In this document: positions 27,301 to 42,983 of the stretch, piece by piece
Layout: every line of letters starts with the position of its first letter
Numbering within the stretch: the stretch's first letter is position 1
From: the human T2T-CHM13v2.0 reference genome, Homo sapiens
Reading direction: 5' to 3' (one strand)
Length of the DNA: 64,000 nt
NCBI RefSeq assembly: GCF_009914755.1
Contig: NC_060928.1
The notes under the pieces: generated by a model
What the model saw: the letters and a program-made list of their open reading frames with translations, nothing else
Database searches by the model: none
What the model was told of the DNA's origin: nothing
Translations under genes and position numbers: made by a program

Positions 27301-27484
27301 ATAATAGCTAATTATTGTCAAATGGAGATATAATAGCTAATTAATAATAATAGTCATTTTAATAGTATTTAACTTAATCTTAGGTATCAACTGTACTAAA
27401 TGTATTCTTTGACTATCATAACTATAATACTTTATTATATTTAAACTTTATAAACTCAATTATTAAATGCTAGTGAGTTTTTAA

Positions 27485-27876
<392 letters not shown>

Positions 27877-29162
27877 GTCTGTCTTTCTTTATTTGCCGAC
27901 AACTCCTGTAGATTCTTGAAGGGCAAGAGCTTGGAACTGAACTATATATTTTTTGACAGTTACATTTAGCAAATACCATAAAAGTGACATTTATATATAA
28001 AATTAAATTCACGGATGAGTAAATATTCTATGTTTCATAATTGAAATACTAGTTTTTCACCAATGTGTGGCTCTAATATGCTGGAAAAGAGCTTTTCTTA
28101 AATATCAGGCACATTTCTAAGATGTGGATACAATATTATTTCCTTCAAGGATAAGTTGCAAAACAATATCAGGAATCACATGAATATTAAAATTCATGTT
28201 TCTCTATATGTAAACATGTGTCTTTACTTCCTAAAGAAAATACTATCAGCTTAAAATGTCTACAAAGTCCCAATTAAAAAGATATTCCCTTAATATACAA
28301 TGTTAAATAAAGCCAACTGCTTAGTATCCTCATGTGCTTTTGATTACTGTTAAGAGTAATTCAATGAATAAAAAGTGTTGTATTTAACAAAGAAGTTTGA
28401 GGAAAAGCTTAATGAAGTAAGAGTTAGTTAATCATAGGTATACTTACTGTAAGTGTGCATATTTTTAAAAGCTAGTATGATGTATAAATATTTATCCAGA
28501 TTAAAGACAATGCCTTAAAATTCAGTAATGATTAAATGTTATCAAAGTATTCAGCAGAGTTCTTAAAAGTATCTTCTATTTCCAGAATTTAAACACTACA
28601 AAAGTATGCAAAACATAAATTGCTTGATAAAGCATTGCAGAAATAACAATAAGTACATTTTGATAAATTGCAAAAAGTTCTTCAGAAAAACTGTGGCCTT
28701 TAAAATATTTTAAAACTGTGTTTTAAAATATCATAGTATTGATTTTCAAAATAACATTCTTCTTCAGAAATACCTGTATATTTGTCAAATATCTGACTAT
28801 TGTTATCTACTAACAGTAAACCTCTTCACTTTAAATGACAAAAGTGAAATGTTACAAGCCCAGTATGTATTCAAAGGCACTGAAGTTACCCATTGTTTCT
28901 GTAATAATTACACTAGAAAATAATTTTTAGTCAGTGACATTGGAATATGCAAAAAGTACAGTAATTTTGGTACAACTGTGAACTTACATAAGGTTCATGA
29001 TTATTTTATCGCTGGCTTAAGATAGCAATCAATTACCTATAAATATGCAAGTTTCTTCAATTATTGCAGTGAAAATAACAGAAAAACACATCTCAATCTT
29101 CATTAATATGTACTCATACAATTTTGAAAAAATATTTTATATCAAAATTAAATTTTTTATAA

Positions 29163-30720
<1,558 letters not shown>

Positions 30721-30949
30721 CTATAATTGTTTTTATATACCCTGGATGAAGGGTTTTATCTATATTATGGGGTAATGCTCTATAAGCAAATAAATTTAAA
30801 GTATAAAATCACAAATAAAATATAGTATACTTTTTTCTGAAGAAGAAATGTCTATTTTCTTGTGTTCCATGATCTCTAGTTTCTTGAGGAAAGCAAAAAT
30901 ATCTGAAAGAAACTTCTTTATATTAAATGTCTCCATTCGTAATTTTAGA

Positions 30950-31205
30950 GCAAGAAAACAAAGAGAATGCAGAAACAACAAAAAGAGGAAAGGATGAAAG
31001 GATGGAAAGTGGAAAGGAAGAAAATAGGCAAGAGAGGAAGGAATAAAAGGAAGAAGAAATTAAGGGAGGGAGGAAGGAAGAAGGAAGGAAGGGAGAGAGA
31101 GAAAGAAAGGAAGGAAGGAATAGAGGAAGAAAGAAAGGAAAGGAAGGAAGGAAGGAAGGGAGAGAAGAAGGAAGGAAGGAAGGAAGAAAGAAAGGAAGGA
31201 AAAGA
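30950..31205. repeat. (GGAA/GAAA)n purine-rich simple repeat
   Basis: Direct reading. Confidence 0.95.
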
Positions 31206-32639
31206 CCCTTCCCAGTTCTTCACAGTTTACAGAGGGGCAGGAGCCCAGCATTTTTTTTTTTTCTTATACTCCCTGATAGGAAATAAAGATATTGTGAGAA
31301 GAATTCTATTATTTTTTGCTTTTCAAAAATTTCTTTGGAGTATAGAGATTTTCCACTTAAAGTAAATTTAGTTACCTATACATTAAAAACTCTATAGATA
31401 GATTTACTTAAAAGAATAAAATGCCAATTTTCCAAGAAGATATATACCTAATGAGACTTACACCAACTAAAAATGGAAGGTTATCAAAATCCCCCTGCTC
31501 CAAATATCTCAATAAGATGCTCTAGGCCCTTAGAGTTTTAGGGTGAGTTTGATATATTTGGAACGGATAATTTCTATCCCTAACTGAAATATTTATTGCT
31601 TCAACTGCTGAGTGCCACTGGGCCACAGCCTTCAGCTTTCAGCATTTCAGAGATTGCTTCAGATTCAAGAGCTGAGTGACCCAAGGTCATTCTCCTTCCT
31701 CAAAAAGAACATACCACGCAGTCACTACTAAAAAACAAAATAGTTGGAGTGAACATATTAATATCAAAATAGATTCTTAGGCAATATGTATTACTAAATG
31801 TCAAAAGAAAAATTTGCAATGCAAAAAGTCTACCTCAATGGAAATTTTAAACTTGTATGACTTAGTTTTAAGTTATACACAGAAAAAAAGCAGAACTAAA
31901 ATTAAAAGCAAATCCATAGATATAAAGATTTTGACAGAAAACAAGCAGATACCCCACCACCAAAAAAAATGGTATGTATATGAAGATTGGAATAAACATA
32001 TCAACCAAATCAACCTGATATTTCATAATCCTAAACCTTAAAAATGCAAAATAATTATCCAAAGAGCACTATTTATTATAGTCAGTCATATGCTAGCCAT
32101 CAAACAAGTTTAAATGAACAATAAATATCCAGATTATATATGAAATAAACCAAATATTAATGACATAAATATAATTTTTAAATCCAGAAATATTTAAAAA
32201 TTAAACAATATTGTTGTAAATCATCCAGGAAGAAAAATAAAAATAGTAATAGCAATTAGAAAAGCAAACATTGAAATGAATAAAAATTAAAGTATGACCT
32301 AAAAATCTAGCAGAACTAAAGTACTGCTTACAGAAAATGCATATTTTTAATGAATATATTAGAGAAAAATGTTTAACATCTAAACGTCAAATATCTAAAT
32401 TTTTTCAAAAATCTTCAACATATACCCAGGGGAAGCCAAAGAAAGTAGAAAACAGGGAAAAATGAAAATAAGAACTGAAATTAGTAAACCAGAAAGCAAG
32501 TTTAGGTCAATAAAGTAAAATTTTAGTTATTTTTAGAAGAATAAATAAAACTAAAAAACTCAAACACTGATCAAGAAAATAAGGGAAAACCCCCATAAAA
32601 ACTTATGTAAAAAATGGACTTTAGTAACAAACTAAAAAG

Positions 32640-35631
32640 TAACAAATAACCTCATTATATAATGATAAAGGGTTACATATATCAAGAGGATATAACATTT
32701 TAAATTTATATACATCCAACACTGGAGCAACTAACTATATACAGCAAATCTTAATAGATCTGAAGAGCAAGATAGACTGCAATACAATAACAGGATATTT
32801 AAATACTCCACTTTCAACAATAGGCAAATTATCTAGACAGATAATTAATAAGACATTGGACTTGAATTACACTTCAGTGCAAATGGACCTAGCAGACATT
32901 TACAAAGCATTTAATCAAACTGCAGCATAATGCATATTCTTAAGTGCACAGGAAAAATTCTTTAGGATAAATTATGTATTAGGCCACAAAACAAGTCTCA
33001 ACAAATTTAAGAAGGTTGAAATCATATAAAGTATCTTTTTTAACCACAATGGAATAAATCTGAACATCAATAGCAAGAAGAATTTTGGAAAAATCACAGA
33101 TGTTTGAAAATTAATGTGCTGTTGACCAGCTTATCGGTCGAAGAGAAAATTAAAAGGGAAATTGAAAAATATCTGGAGATAAATGAAAAAAAACCACAAC
33201 ATGTCAAAACTTAGAGGATGTAGCAAAAGTAGTTCTAAGAGCTAGGTTTATGGCAATAAATGCCTATATACAAGAAAATTCAAATAAACAACCTAACACT
33301 ACCCTCCAAGAAACTAGAAAAAGAAGAACAAACCAAGTTGAGTATCAGTAGAAGGAAAGAAATAATAATTAATAAAGAAACAGAGCTAAATGGAATAAAT
33401 ACTAGAAAGACAATAAAAAAGATCAAAAGAAAAATAGTTTGTTCTTTGAAAATGTAATTGAAATCAACAAATCTTTAACCAGACTAAAAGAGAGAGAGAG
33501 AAAGAAGATTCGAATAAAATAGGAAATGAAAGAGGAGATATTGCAATTGATGCTACAGAAATATATAGAATCATGAAAGACGACTATGTACACAAACAAA
33601 TTGGATAACCTGGAAGAAATGGATAAATTTCTGAAAACTTACATGCCAAGATGAAATCATAAAGAAATAGAGAATCTAAGCAGAGCAATACTGAGTAAGG
33701 AGGTTGAATTAATAATTAAAAATCTCCTATCTTAGAAAAGCCCAGGAACTGATGGCTTCACAGCAGAACTGTAGCAAAGATTTAAAGAACTAATACCAAT
33801 CATCCTCAAACTCTTCTAAAAAATTAAAGAAGAGAAAATACTTCCAAACTAATTTTACGATGCAAGCATTACTATGATACAAAAGTCAGACAATTCCTCT
33901 AAAAAAGAAAATCTAGCCAATATTCCTAATAAACATAGATACAAAAATGCTTAACAAAATACTAGCAAATTAAATTTAACAGCTCACTGAAAATATCATT
34001 TACCATAATCAATGGGGATTTAGCCCTGGAATGCAAGAAAGCTTCCACATATGCAAACCAAAAAATGTGATAAACCACATTAACAGAATGAAGAACAAAA
34101 AGCAGATGATCATCTCAAAAGATGCAGAAAAATACTTTAACAAACTTTAATCTCTTTTCATGAAAAAAACTACTAAATGCATTAGGCCTAGGAGAAAGGT
34201 ACCTCAACACAACGAAGAACATGTATTAAAAAACCTAGAACTAACCTCATACCCAAAGGTGAAAACTTGAAAGCTTTTCCTGTAGGATTAGGAACAAAAC
34301 AAAGTTGCTCACTCTTAACCATTTCCAATACAAAGTCAACACACAAAAATCAGTAATGTTTCTTTACAATGAAAATAAAGTCTCAGAAAAAAATTGAGAA
34401 ATTAATCCCATTTATAATGGCATTAAAATACTTAAAAATAAATTTAATCAAGGAAATGAAAGGCTTTTATACTGAAAACTATACAATATTGATAAAAATG
34501 AAGATCATGTAAACAAGTGTAATGATATCCTGCGTTCACATACTGGAAGAATTAATACTGTTAAAACTTCCTTAAAACCCAAAGTGACCTACAAAGTCAA
34601 TGTAACCCCTACAAAAATCCCAATGTAATTTTTCAAAAAATAGAAAATACGCTCCTGAAATTCATATAGATCCACAAAACACCCTGAATAGCCAAAGAAA
34701 TAATGAACAAAAAGAATAAAGCTGAAGACATCACACTACCTGATTTCAAAATCTATTACAAAGCTATAGTAAAGAAACAACATGATACTGGCATAAAAAT
34801 AGGACACATTAACCAATGGAACCCTTATCTCAAAGCATATACAAAAATCTACTCAAAATATATGAAGACTTAGCATAGGACCTCAAAATATAAAATTACT
34901 GCCAGAAAACACAGGGGAAAGCTCCACAATATTGTTCTGGGAAAGTATTTCTTTAATATGATCCTGAAATTATAGAAAACAAAAACAAAAATAAACAAAT
35001 AAGAGGATTACATCAAACTAAAAAAAACTTTAGCACAGCAAAGGAAACAATAATAGAGTGAAGAGAAAACTCAGGAATTGGGAGACAATATTTGCAAACC
35101 ATATATCTGATCAGGGGCTAATTTCCAAAATGCATAATCAACTCAATTCTATAGAAATAAAGCAACCTAATAAAACATAGGCAAAGATATTGAACAGACT
35201 TTTCTCAAAAGAAGACATACAAATGTGCAACAGATACCTGAAAAGATGTTCAATACCACTAATCATTAGGAAAATGTAAATTAAAACATTTAAATTAATT
35301 TATATTAAAACAATATCACCTCACACATGTTAGAATTGTTTTTATTAAAAAAGATAAATGATAAATGTTGGCAAAGATGTGGAGAAAGGGGATCCTTTGT
35401 ACACCATTGATGGGAATGGAAATTAGTACATCAATTATGAAAAATAGTATAAAAGTTTCTCAAACAATTAAAAATAGAGCTACCATATGATCTAGGAATC
35501 CCACTTTGGGGTATAGATACAAAGGATTTGATATCAGTATGTTAAAAGGATGGCTGCACTTCCATGTACATTGCAGAACTATTCACAATAGCCAAGATAT
35601 GGAATCAACCTATCAACACACACATACACAC

Positions 35632-35684
<53 letters not shown>

Positions 35685-36195
35685 CTGAGCTATACAATTT
35701 AGCTTCGAAAGAAAAGGAAGTTCTGTCATTTGCAGCATGGATGAACTTGGAGGACATTATATAACATGATATAAACCAGGCAAAGAAACAAATACTGCAT
35801 GATCTTACTTATATGGGGAATCTAAAAAAGTTGAACTCATAAAAGTGGAGACTAAAATGATAGTTACCCAAGACTGAGGGAGAAGGGTGAATGGGAAAAT
35901 AGATTTTTATCAAGGGGTAAAAAATTTCAGCTAGACAGGAAGATTAAGTTTTAGTGATTTATTGCACAGAATATTGACTATAATTAATAATCAGTGTATA
36001 CCTCAAAATTGCTGAAAGATTAAGTTTTAAATGTTCTCGTCACAAAAATAGATTAAGTATGGGAGGTGCTGGATATGTTAATCTTCTTGATGTAATTTAT
36101 TCAATGATATAAACATACATAAAACATACCATTGTATCCCATAAATCTATAAAATTATTTTTGTCAATTAAAAATTAAAAAAATTAAAAATAAGA
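32640..36195 (+). mobile_element. L1MA-type element (EN to 3' UTR, with internal deletions)
   Basis: Degenerate ORF2 (GGCCACAAAACAAGTCTCAACAAATTT; CCAGGAACTGATGGCTTCAC), L1MA 3' UTR and A-rich tail near 36170-36195. Confidence 0.85.
35616..35685. repeat. (CA)n microsatellite
   Basis: Direct reading. Confidence 0.95.
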
Positions 36196-39100
36196 AAGAA
36201 ATATCTTTATCCTGGTAGTTTTACTAATACATTCTATCCAATATTAAACAAAAAAATCAAATCTGTCAAAAACTAGAAAATAGTTTTTGACTCATTTCAC
36301 GAGGTCAGTGTAAGCACAGCACCACTGGACCAAGTCATAAGAAGGGAATATTAAATGTCTCTTTTACCATAATAGATGCAAAAATTCTAAACAAACATGT
36401 ACAAAGTAAATCTAGAAATTTAAATGAATTAATAACATTCTGGGTTTTATTTTGGCAATGCAAGTTTGGATTAATGTTTGAAAATCACTTAATGTAATTT
36501 TGTTCATTAACATTTAAATAAGGTAAACTATATGATTATCTTAACTGATAACACAAGAAAACATTTGATAACATCCAATACCCTTTTCTCATAAAAAATA
36601 AAATGTTCAGTTAATTAGAAATAGAAGAGAGAATCTGGAATCTCTTAAAGGGTATCTTAGAAAATCTTTCAGTTAATATCATATTTAATATATCAGAAGT
36701 AGACAAGATTGTAATATCAGCACTTTTAAGTATTTTACTTGCTGTCCTAGACAAGTAAAATGCATACACAAGGATAAACAGAGAGACCATTGAAACATCA
36801 TACATAGTCTGGAAACAGACTTGCACTTCTATGGGCCACATGATTAATTTTAAAAAGTCTTTTTATCTCAATGGGAAAATTGTGATTTTTGTTTAACTAA
36901 TGAAGCTAGTTCAAATAATTGTCTAATGGAAAAAGAATGAATCATAAACTCCACACTAAAACCTCAAATTCAATCAAAAAGCTTCATAGCCCAACATGTA
37001 AATGACAATAAACTCCTAGAAGAAAAAAGAAAATATTAGGATATAAATTATGTTTTCAATTAACTATAAAAATCGAATTTTTTAATGAAATTTTTTCACA
37101 AAAGAAACATAATAAGAATGATAATTCAAGGTATACACTGAGAACACATATTTGCCAAATATATCAATATACAGATGTATGTATTTGCTATACATATATG
37201 TATGTAGATATATTTGTGTGTATATATTTTCTAACTGCCTACATCAACAAATGAGTTCTATTCAGAATACATAAAGAGTATCTATTGATCGATAAGAAGA
37301 CAGAAAAACTGGGGAAAAATCTCAGGCGATCACTTCAGAGTAACATTTTTACCAATAGCCAATAAGCATATGAAAAGGTGTTCAACATCGAGTTATTATA
37401 GTGTGTAAATGAAACTACAATAAGGTACCAGTCATTGAATTTAATCACTGAAATTAATAAAATATGCAGAATTAATATCCTTAGATATATCAAAGCACTG
37501 GTAAAAGTGCAAAGCAATCAGAACTGTCTTACTTTGCTAGTGGGAATATTAATGGACAATTTTGGAAGTGTTTGGTGTTATACACTAAAGTCAAACCTAT
37601 CCCTATTCTGTCATTTAGCAATTCTTCTCCTAGATATGAACTCCACAAAATGAGTGACTTTCAAGCCACCAACAAATATGTTAAAGAATGATCATAGCAT
37701 CTGTACTCATAATAGTCCTGAACTGGAAAAAACTCATATGTTCATTTACAATAGAATGGATAAATTAATTGTGGCATATTTACTGGAAGACTATATTGCA
37801 ATGAAAACTAAAAACTACACAAAACATTGGTAGACTTTATATACCTAATATTGGGCAAATGAAACAAAATGCAAAAGGGACACGTGACACGTAATTCTAT
37901 CTATATAGATTTTAAGAACAAGGAATATTTACCTATGGTGATAGAAATCAGTGTTGTGGTTACTTCTGGGAGTGCTGGACAAGGATATGACTAAAGAAAG
38001 CCCTCTGGGTGGCTATCCCTGTTCTATATATTGACTAAATGACAGCTTTATTCTTAATATTTATGCAACATAGAGTGTTATATCTCAACACACCCTAATA
38101 AAATTTCATTATTGATGCTAAATGGAAATTGGATTATAGAGAAACAAAACTCAGAAACTCTAGTAGCAATCTAGCTAACAGTTGATAGTAGCTTTTACTG
38201 AAGAATCAATAGAAATGAAGCAACAAATGGAGATGCAGAGGGTACTTTTGAGAACTATCAGGACCTGTTCTTGGGAATAGCTTCTGACAGCAGGTGAAAT
38301 AAAATGCTCCTTTAATTGGGAAGGATAAGGAAGAGTGGAGTCAATAGACATTCTTACACAGAACTGTAAACAGTAGACAGCAAGTCCTTAAATTCTCTGT
38401 AAGTAGTTATTTTCCAGAATGAGCACTTACCATGAAATAGAACAAAAGGAAAAAGGGACAAAACAATTTCTAATTCTAAGTTTTACAACATATGGATTCT
38501 GATATATTCTTCTACTTAACTTATATTCATTCACAATGTAATTAAATTTCTTGTTTGCCTAGTTATGTGCTTAGTATGCTTATATCTGTTGTGATAAATT
38601 ATCAAACAGTCTGCACAGCTGGCCAATTTTTTTTAAAAGAAAACCTCATTAGAAATCACCAACTTATCTTTACGTTCTTTGTACATGTAGTGCAAAATCT
38701 TAATTCATGCAGTTGTTCGTTAGGTGCAGACAGTCGGCCTCATTGATCTTGACATACAATAGATAAATTTTAGAAATGGGCTGTGGAGAATGATGATTTT
38801 TGCTCATTGCTATTTAAATATTTTACAATTAGAATGTCTATCTTGTTCAGAACAAATATTTTTCAAACACTTTTTCATAATGTATGTAAACCCTTATGAA
38901 TTTAAATTTTTTTTCATTTTATGTTTCTCATCTCTTAATATTTTGCTTTAGAATGACCATATACTAGATATACTTTTCTCAGAAGAATATTATTATATAT
39001 ATAAAAATATTTTTATAATTCTTCCAAAATACAGTTTACCACTCTTTAATATATATTCCATTTTTTTGTAGCCTACTGTCAAAACATCATTAATCAGTTA

Positions 39101-39232
39101 TTTTTCTCATTGAAAATATCTTTAATTATTTCAGCATTTGGTTTAGTTTTCTACTATAGGTATCATTCAACAAAAATGATTATTTAAAAACTACTGAGAC
39201 TTTTTATTTTACAGTAAAATAATCAATCAATC

Positions 39233-39522
39233 AAGCGGGCATGGTTGCTTACACTTGTAATCCCAGAAGTTTGGAAGGCCGAGGTGGGCAGATCACCTGA
39301 GGTCAGAAGTTCAAGGCCAGCCTGGACAACATGGCGAAACCCAATCTCTACTAAAAATACAAAAATTAGCCAGGCATGGTGACACCCACCTGTAATCCCA
39401 GCTACCCGGGGGGCTGAGGCAGGAGAATTGCCTGAACACCGGAGTTGGAGGCTACAGGGAGCCAAGATCGTGCCACTGTACTCCAGCCTGGACGACAGAG
39501 TGGACTCTGTCTCAAAAAAAAA
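39233..39522 (+). mobile_element. AluS (Sx-like)
   Basis: Full-length Alu; TSD TAATCAATCAAT. Confidence 0.95.
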
Positions 39523-39919
39523 GAATTAATCAATCAATTTTTTTTGTCAGTTCCTTGATTCTAGATTCCAAAGTATTCATTATATTATGGCTATAAATGC
39601 CTGTCATAATTTAGTAATATAAAGTTGATTTAGAAATCCAATATCCTTATGAAATTATTAGAACTTAGTGTCTCCATTTTATTAGTGAAATATATGAAAG
39701 AGATCTATGAAATTGTATCCATCATCTTGACTCTTAAAACAAATTGCAAGTCTTTTATTCTCACTAAATGATCTGAAAGTCTCATGGTTTGTTCAATGGT
39801 TTTACTTTATTGATCAGTCCTGCCATATTTTCCTTCTTATGTCTAATGTTAAGTCAAAATAGGACTATATACATACAAATTCTCTATGCCTTCTTCATTT
39901 CTGAGTTTTAATAATTATA

Positions 39920-40675
39920 TTACATAAAATGTGTGAGGTTATTGATTGTCTAAACTACTGAAATAGCCTTTTAAATGCCCTCACTATATTAACAATTTTC
40001 TACTCAAAGACATTTTTCACATTAGGTCCAAAATGATCTTTTAGAAATGATTATGTCATTTTTCTCCTAGAAGTATTTTAATGTCTTTCTGCTTCTTTAA
40101 GATAAAAACACCAGAGTACTTAACAAGGGCTCTCAATAAGATTAGCCTAGGTAGTATAATCTTCCACATCTCAGCATGTGCCTATCACTCCAGACCCATT
40201 TCAGTTCATTCTGTGCCTCTCTCTATGGAACACTCTATGTTCCATTAATAATGCAATAAGAACAATATTTGAACTTTTTAAATGTCAGCACTTATTCCAA
40301 AATCTTAGGCTTTCCAAGTGCTCTCTTAGTACCTGAAACTGTGTCCATCTCCCTCAATTTTTTCATGTAATTAATTTCTGATTAGCCTTCATATTTAAAA
40401 ACAACATTTGTGTCATTCACAATTCATTCCACATGCTGAAATTTAAGGCAAGATGCCTATTAATCTATTTGTAGTACCTTGCAAGCTTCCTCATTGCACT
40501 TATTTTTATTTAGATTTCTCTCGTTATGGATTATTTAATTAGTATCTATCATTCTTTTAAACTGCAAACTTCATGAGAGGAATCTTGTTTCATGCTTTTC
40601 ATTTTATCTTATACAACTAGCATAGTCTCTTCAATATTTTAAGTGTTTAGTTAGTACATTTTAAATAAATTAAAT
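39920..40675 (+). mobile_element. L2 3' fragment
   Basis: L2 motifs AAAATGATCTTTTAGAAATG and ACTGCAAACTTCATGAG; degenerate tail. Confidence 0.55.
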
Positions 40676-41649
40676 TACCATGTCGTCTAAATATTTATTT
40701 TCCCTATTTTTTAATAATTAGTTACATCAAGATGTCAAACATAAGAAAAAGTACCTATTATTAAACTTAAAAATATATCTAATGAATCATAATATAAAAT
40801 TTATCCGTACCAACTTTGTTTGGAGATACTTAATAATATAAGATACCAGAAATATGTAAAAATGACAATTCACATTTTTAACTAATCCAGTATAAGGCCA
40901 GAATATATAGCATATAGAACAATGCCTCCAGCAAGCACTCAATAAATAAATTTAAAATGGCACTAAATTATACTTCCTTGCACTGTTGTTTTTAAAGATA
41001 TAGTTATGTTTCAAAACAGGGAATGTTATATTTTAAAAGTATTTTATTAGGTCATTAATACCACAAATCTGTTGATAGTTTGGGGCATGCTTTTTGTTTC
41101 CCTAAAGCACTCCTTAACAAAGTGGTCCTTTTTTGGAAATGCAGGTAATGTTTTCTCAGCTCCAATGCTGTAGCACTGAATCCTGCAGTGCTTCAGATCT
41201 ATCTGTTCATTGATGAATGAGGATCACAGAGGTTACAGGGAATATACAGCTTATCAGAGGAGAGAAAAGTTGAATGTTTTTCCACAACCTCAGCTCTTCA
41301 GGCAAAACACTGCATGTAACGTGAATCCCAAGAGTGCATGCTGTGTGCAAACAGAAAGTGCAGTATCAAAAGAAAACTGTATATAAAACTAGGAGTTAGG
41401 AAATAATGAATAATCTAACAGTAGCACTATATATAAATGCTAGAAAGCATGTTATTCATATTTCTATTTTTATTCTATCTAAAATAAGTTCCATATATTG
41501 TCACACTTTATGAATACGACCCTTCTGTTACTGTCCTGAATGTAAATGGCACAAGTTTTAGGGTAACTTTTAATCATTATGATGGAGTTGTAATGTGTGT
41601 CTCTGATACCTGTTTGATGTTTGAGTAGACATTTACAATTTGTACTTAT

Positions 41650-42360
41650 TTTCTTATTCATCCAAGAAATATAAACTGATTAGTGGCTGTGTGTCAAGCT
41701 TCATTCCAGGCACTAGAGATATAACAATAAACAGAAGAGATAAACTTCCCATTTTCGTGAATTGGTGTTCCACTGGACGAGAAAGGCAACTAAGAAAAAC
41801 TGCAATAATGTAGGTAGATTGACAAACTTAGCTATGTAAATGAGGCAGGAACATGTACTGTCAATGAAATAAAACAAAGACAAAGAAAAACTATAGTGAG
41901 GGGCTGGAAAATGACAAGGAGTCTGCTTAACGCTGTTTTCTCAGAGGAAATAATATTTGAACAAAGACCACCATTGAATAAATGAAATAGTCATGTAGCT
42001 ATCCCAGTGAAAATGACTTTGGAAAAAAGAAAAACCTTTAATGTTCTCTACTCCCAAACAATATGCTTGTGTGTTCAAGGCAAAGAAGCCAGTTTGAAAG
42101 CTGGAGGAAAATCCTAGGAGGTGAGTTTGGATATGTAGGCAGAAACCAGATTATATACAACACACTAAGCCTGTTAAGAATGAGAAGGTTGTCATAAATC
42201 AGATTTATAATTAAAATGTTCATTTTGGCTACTTTATGGATAATAGTCTGTGAGTGATAACTGTTTTAGCAGGACATAGTTGGAATGATCAAGGTGAGAG
42301 ATGATGGTGGGAGAAGTGGAGTTGCTGAGAAAGTATCAGATTTAGGATAGATTTTGAAGA
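41650..42360 (-). mobile_element. L2 3' fragment
   Basis: TTCATTCCAGGCACTAGAGATATAACAATAAACA and AAGGTGAGAGATGATGGTGG. Confidence 0.65.
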
Positions 42361-42363
42361 TAG

Positions 42364-42983
42364 TAATGGAAATCAGGATATTTCACCCCAGAAATATACT
42401 TCCTTGGCATATTTTGATATGGGAATTTAGAGGGGCTGTAGACCACAAGAATAGCTCTGAAAAGCTTTCATTTGTAAGGAAGATCTGCATCTGTAGAGAA
42501 AATTTACATTAGTAAGGTAAATAGCAGATACAATAGGCTTTCTCTGAGTTTCCCGTATCCGCCTTATGTGGATCTAGGAAAGATTAACTCACAGCAAAAA
42601 GAGACTGAAAGTCTGACACTTTTAAAGGTATGACAAAGAAATTTTTATTACCAGCTACCATCTATTTTTTTTTTCTCAGGGCATCTTGAAGATTACCTGG
42701 GAGATTTTATCTGCATAACTAGGCAGCATTTTCTCACCCAACCTTTCTTCGTTTCCCCTGTCCCTAACCTGTCTTCATCTTCCACACCTCTCTTCTCTTC
42801 TGTACAATATAAACACTTCAGTCATCTGACTTTCCTTTGAATCTCATATTTATGGGACTCTCATGTTCATGTACACATTAATGAATTTATATACTTTTTT
42901 TCCACTTAATTTGTCTTTTTGCAATTCATTTCAACAGACTTACACTCAACCTTCAGAGAAAAAGTTTTAACTTTCCTATGACA
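42364..42983 (+). mobile_element. MER34-family ERV1 solo LTR
   Basis: GGAAATCAGGATATTTCACCCCAGAAATATACTTCCTTGGCATATTTTGA start; AACCTTCAGAG...TATGACA end. Confidence 0.7.

Larger units (their letters stand above)
31710..38090 (+). mobile_element. Very old L1M(E) ORF2/3' remnants hosting a younger L1MA
   Basis: Degenerate ORF2 segments at 31.7-32.6 kb and 36.2-38.1 kb in collinear order. Confidence 0.6.

Noticed and set aside
30945-31365. Lys/Glu/Arg-rich and Phe/Ser-rich ORFs
   Set aside because: Translations of a GGAA/GAAA simple repeat.
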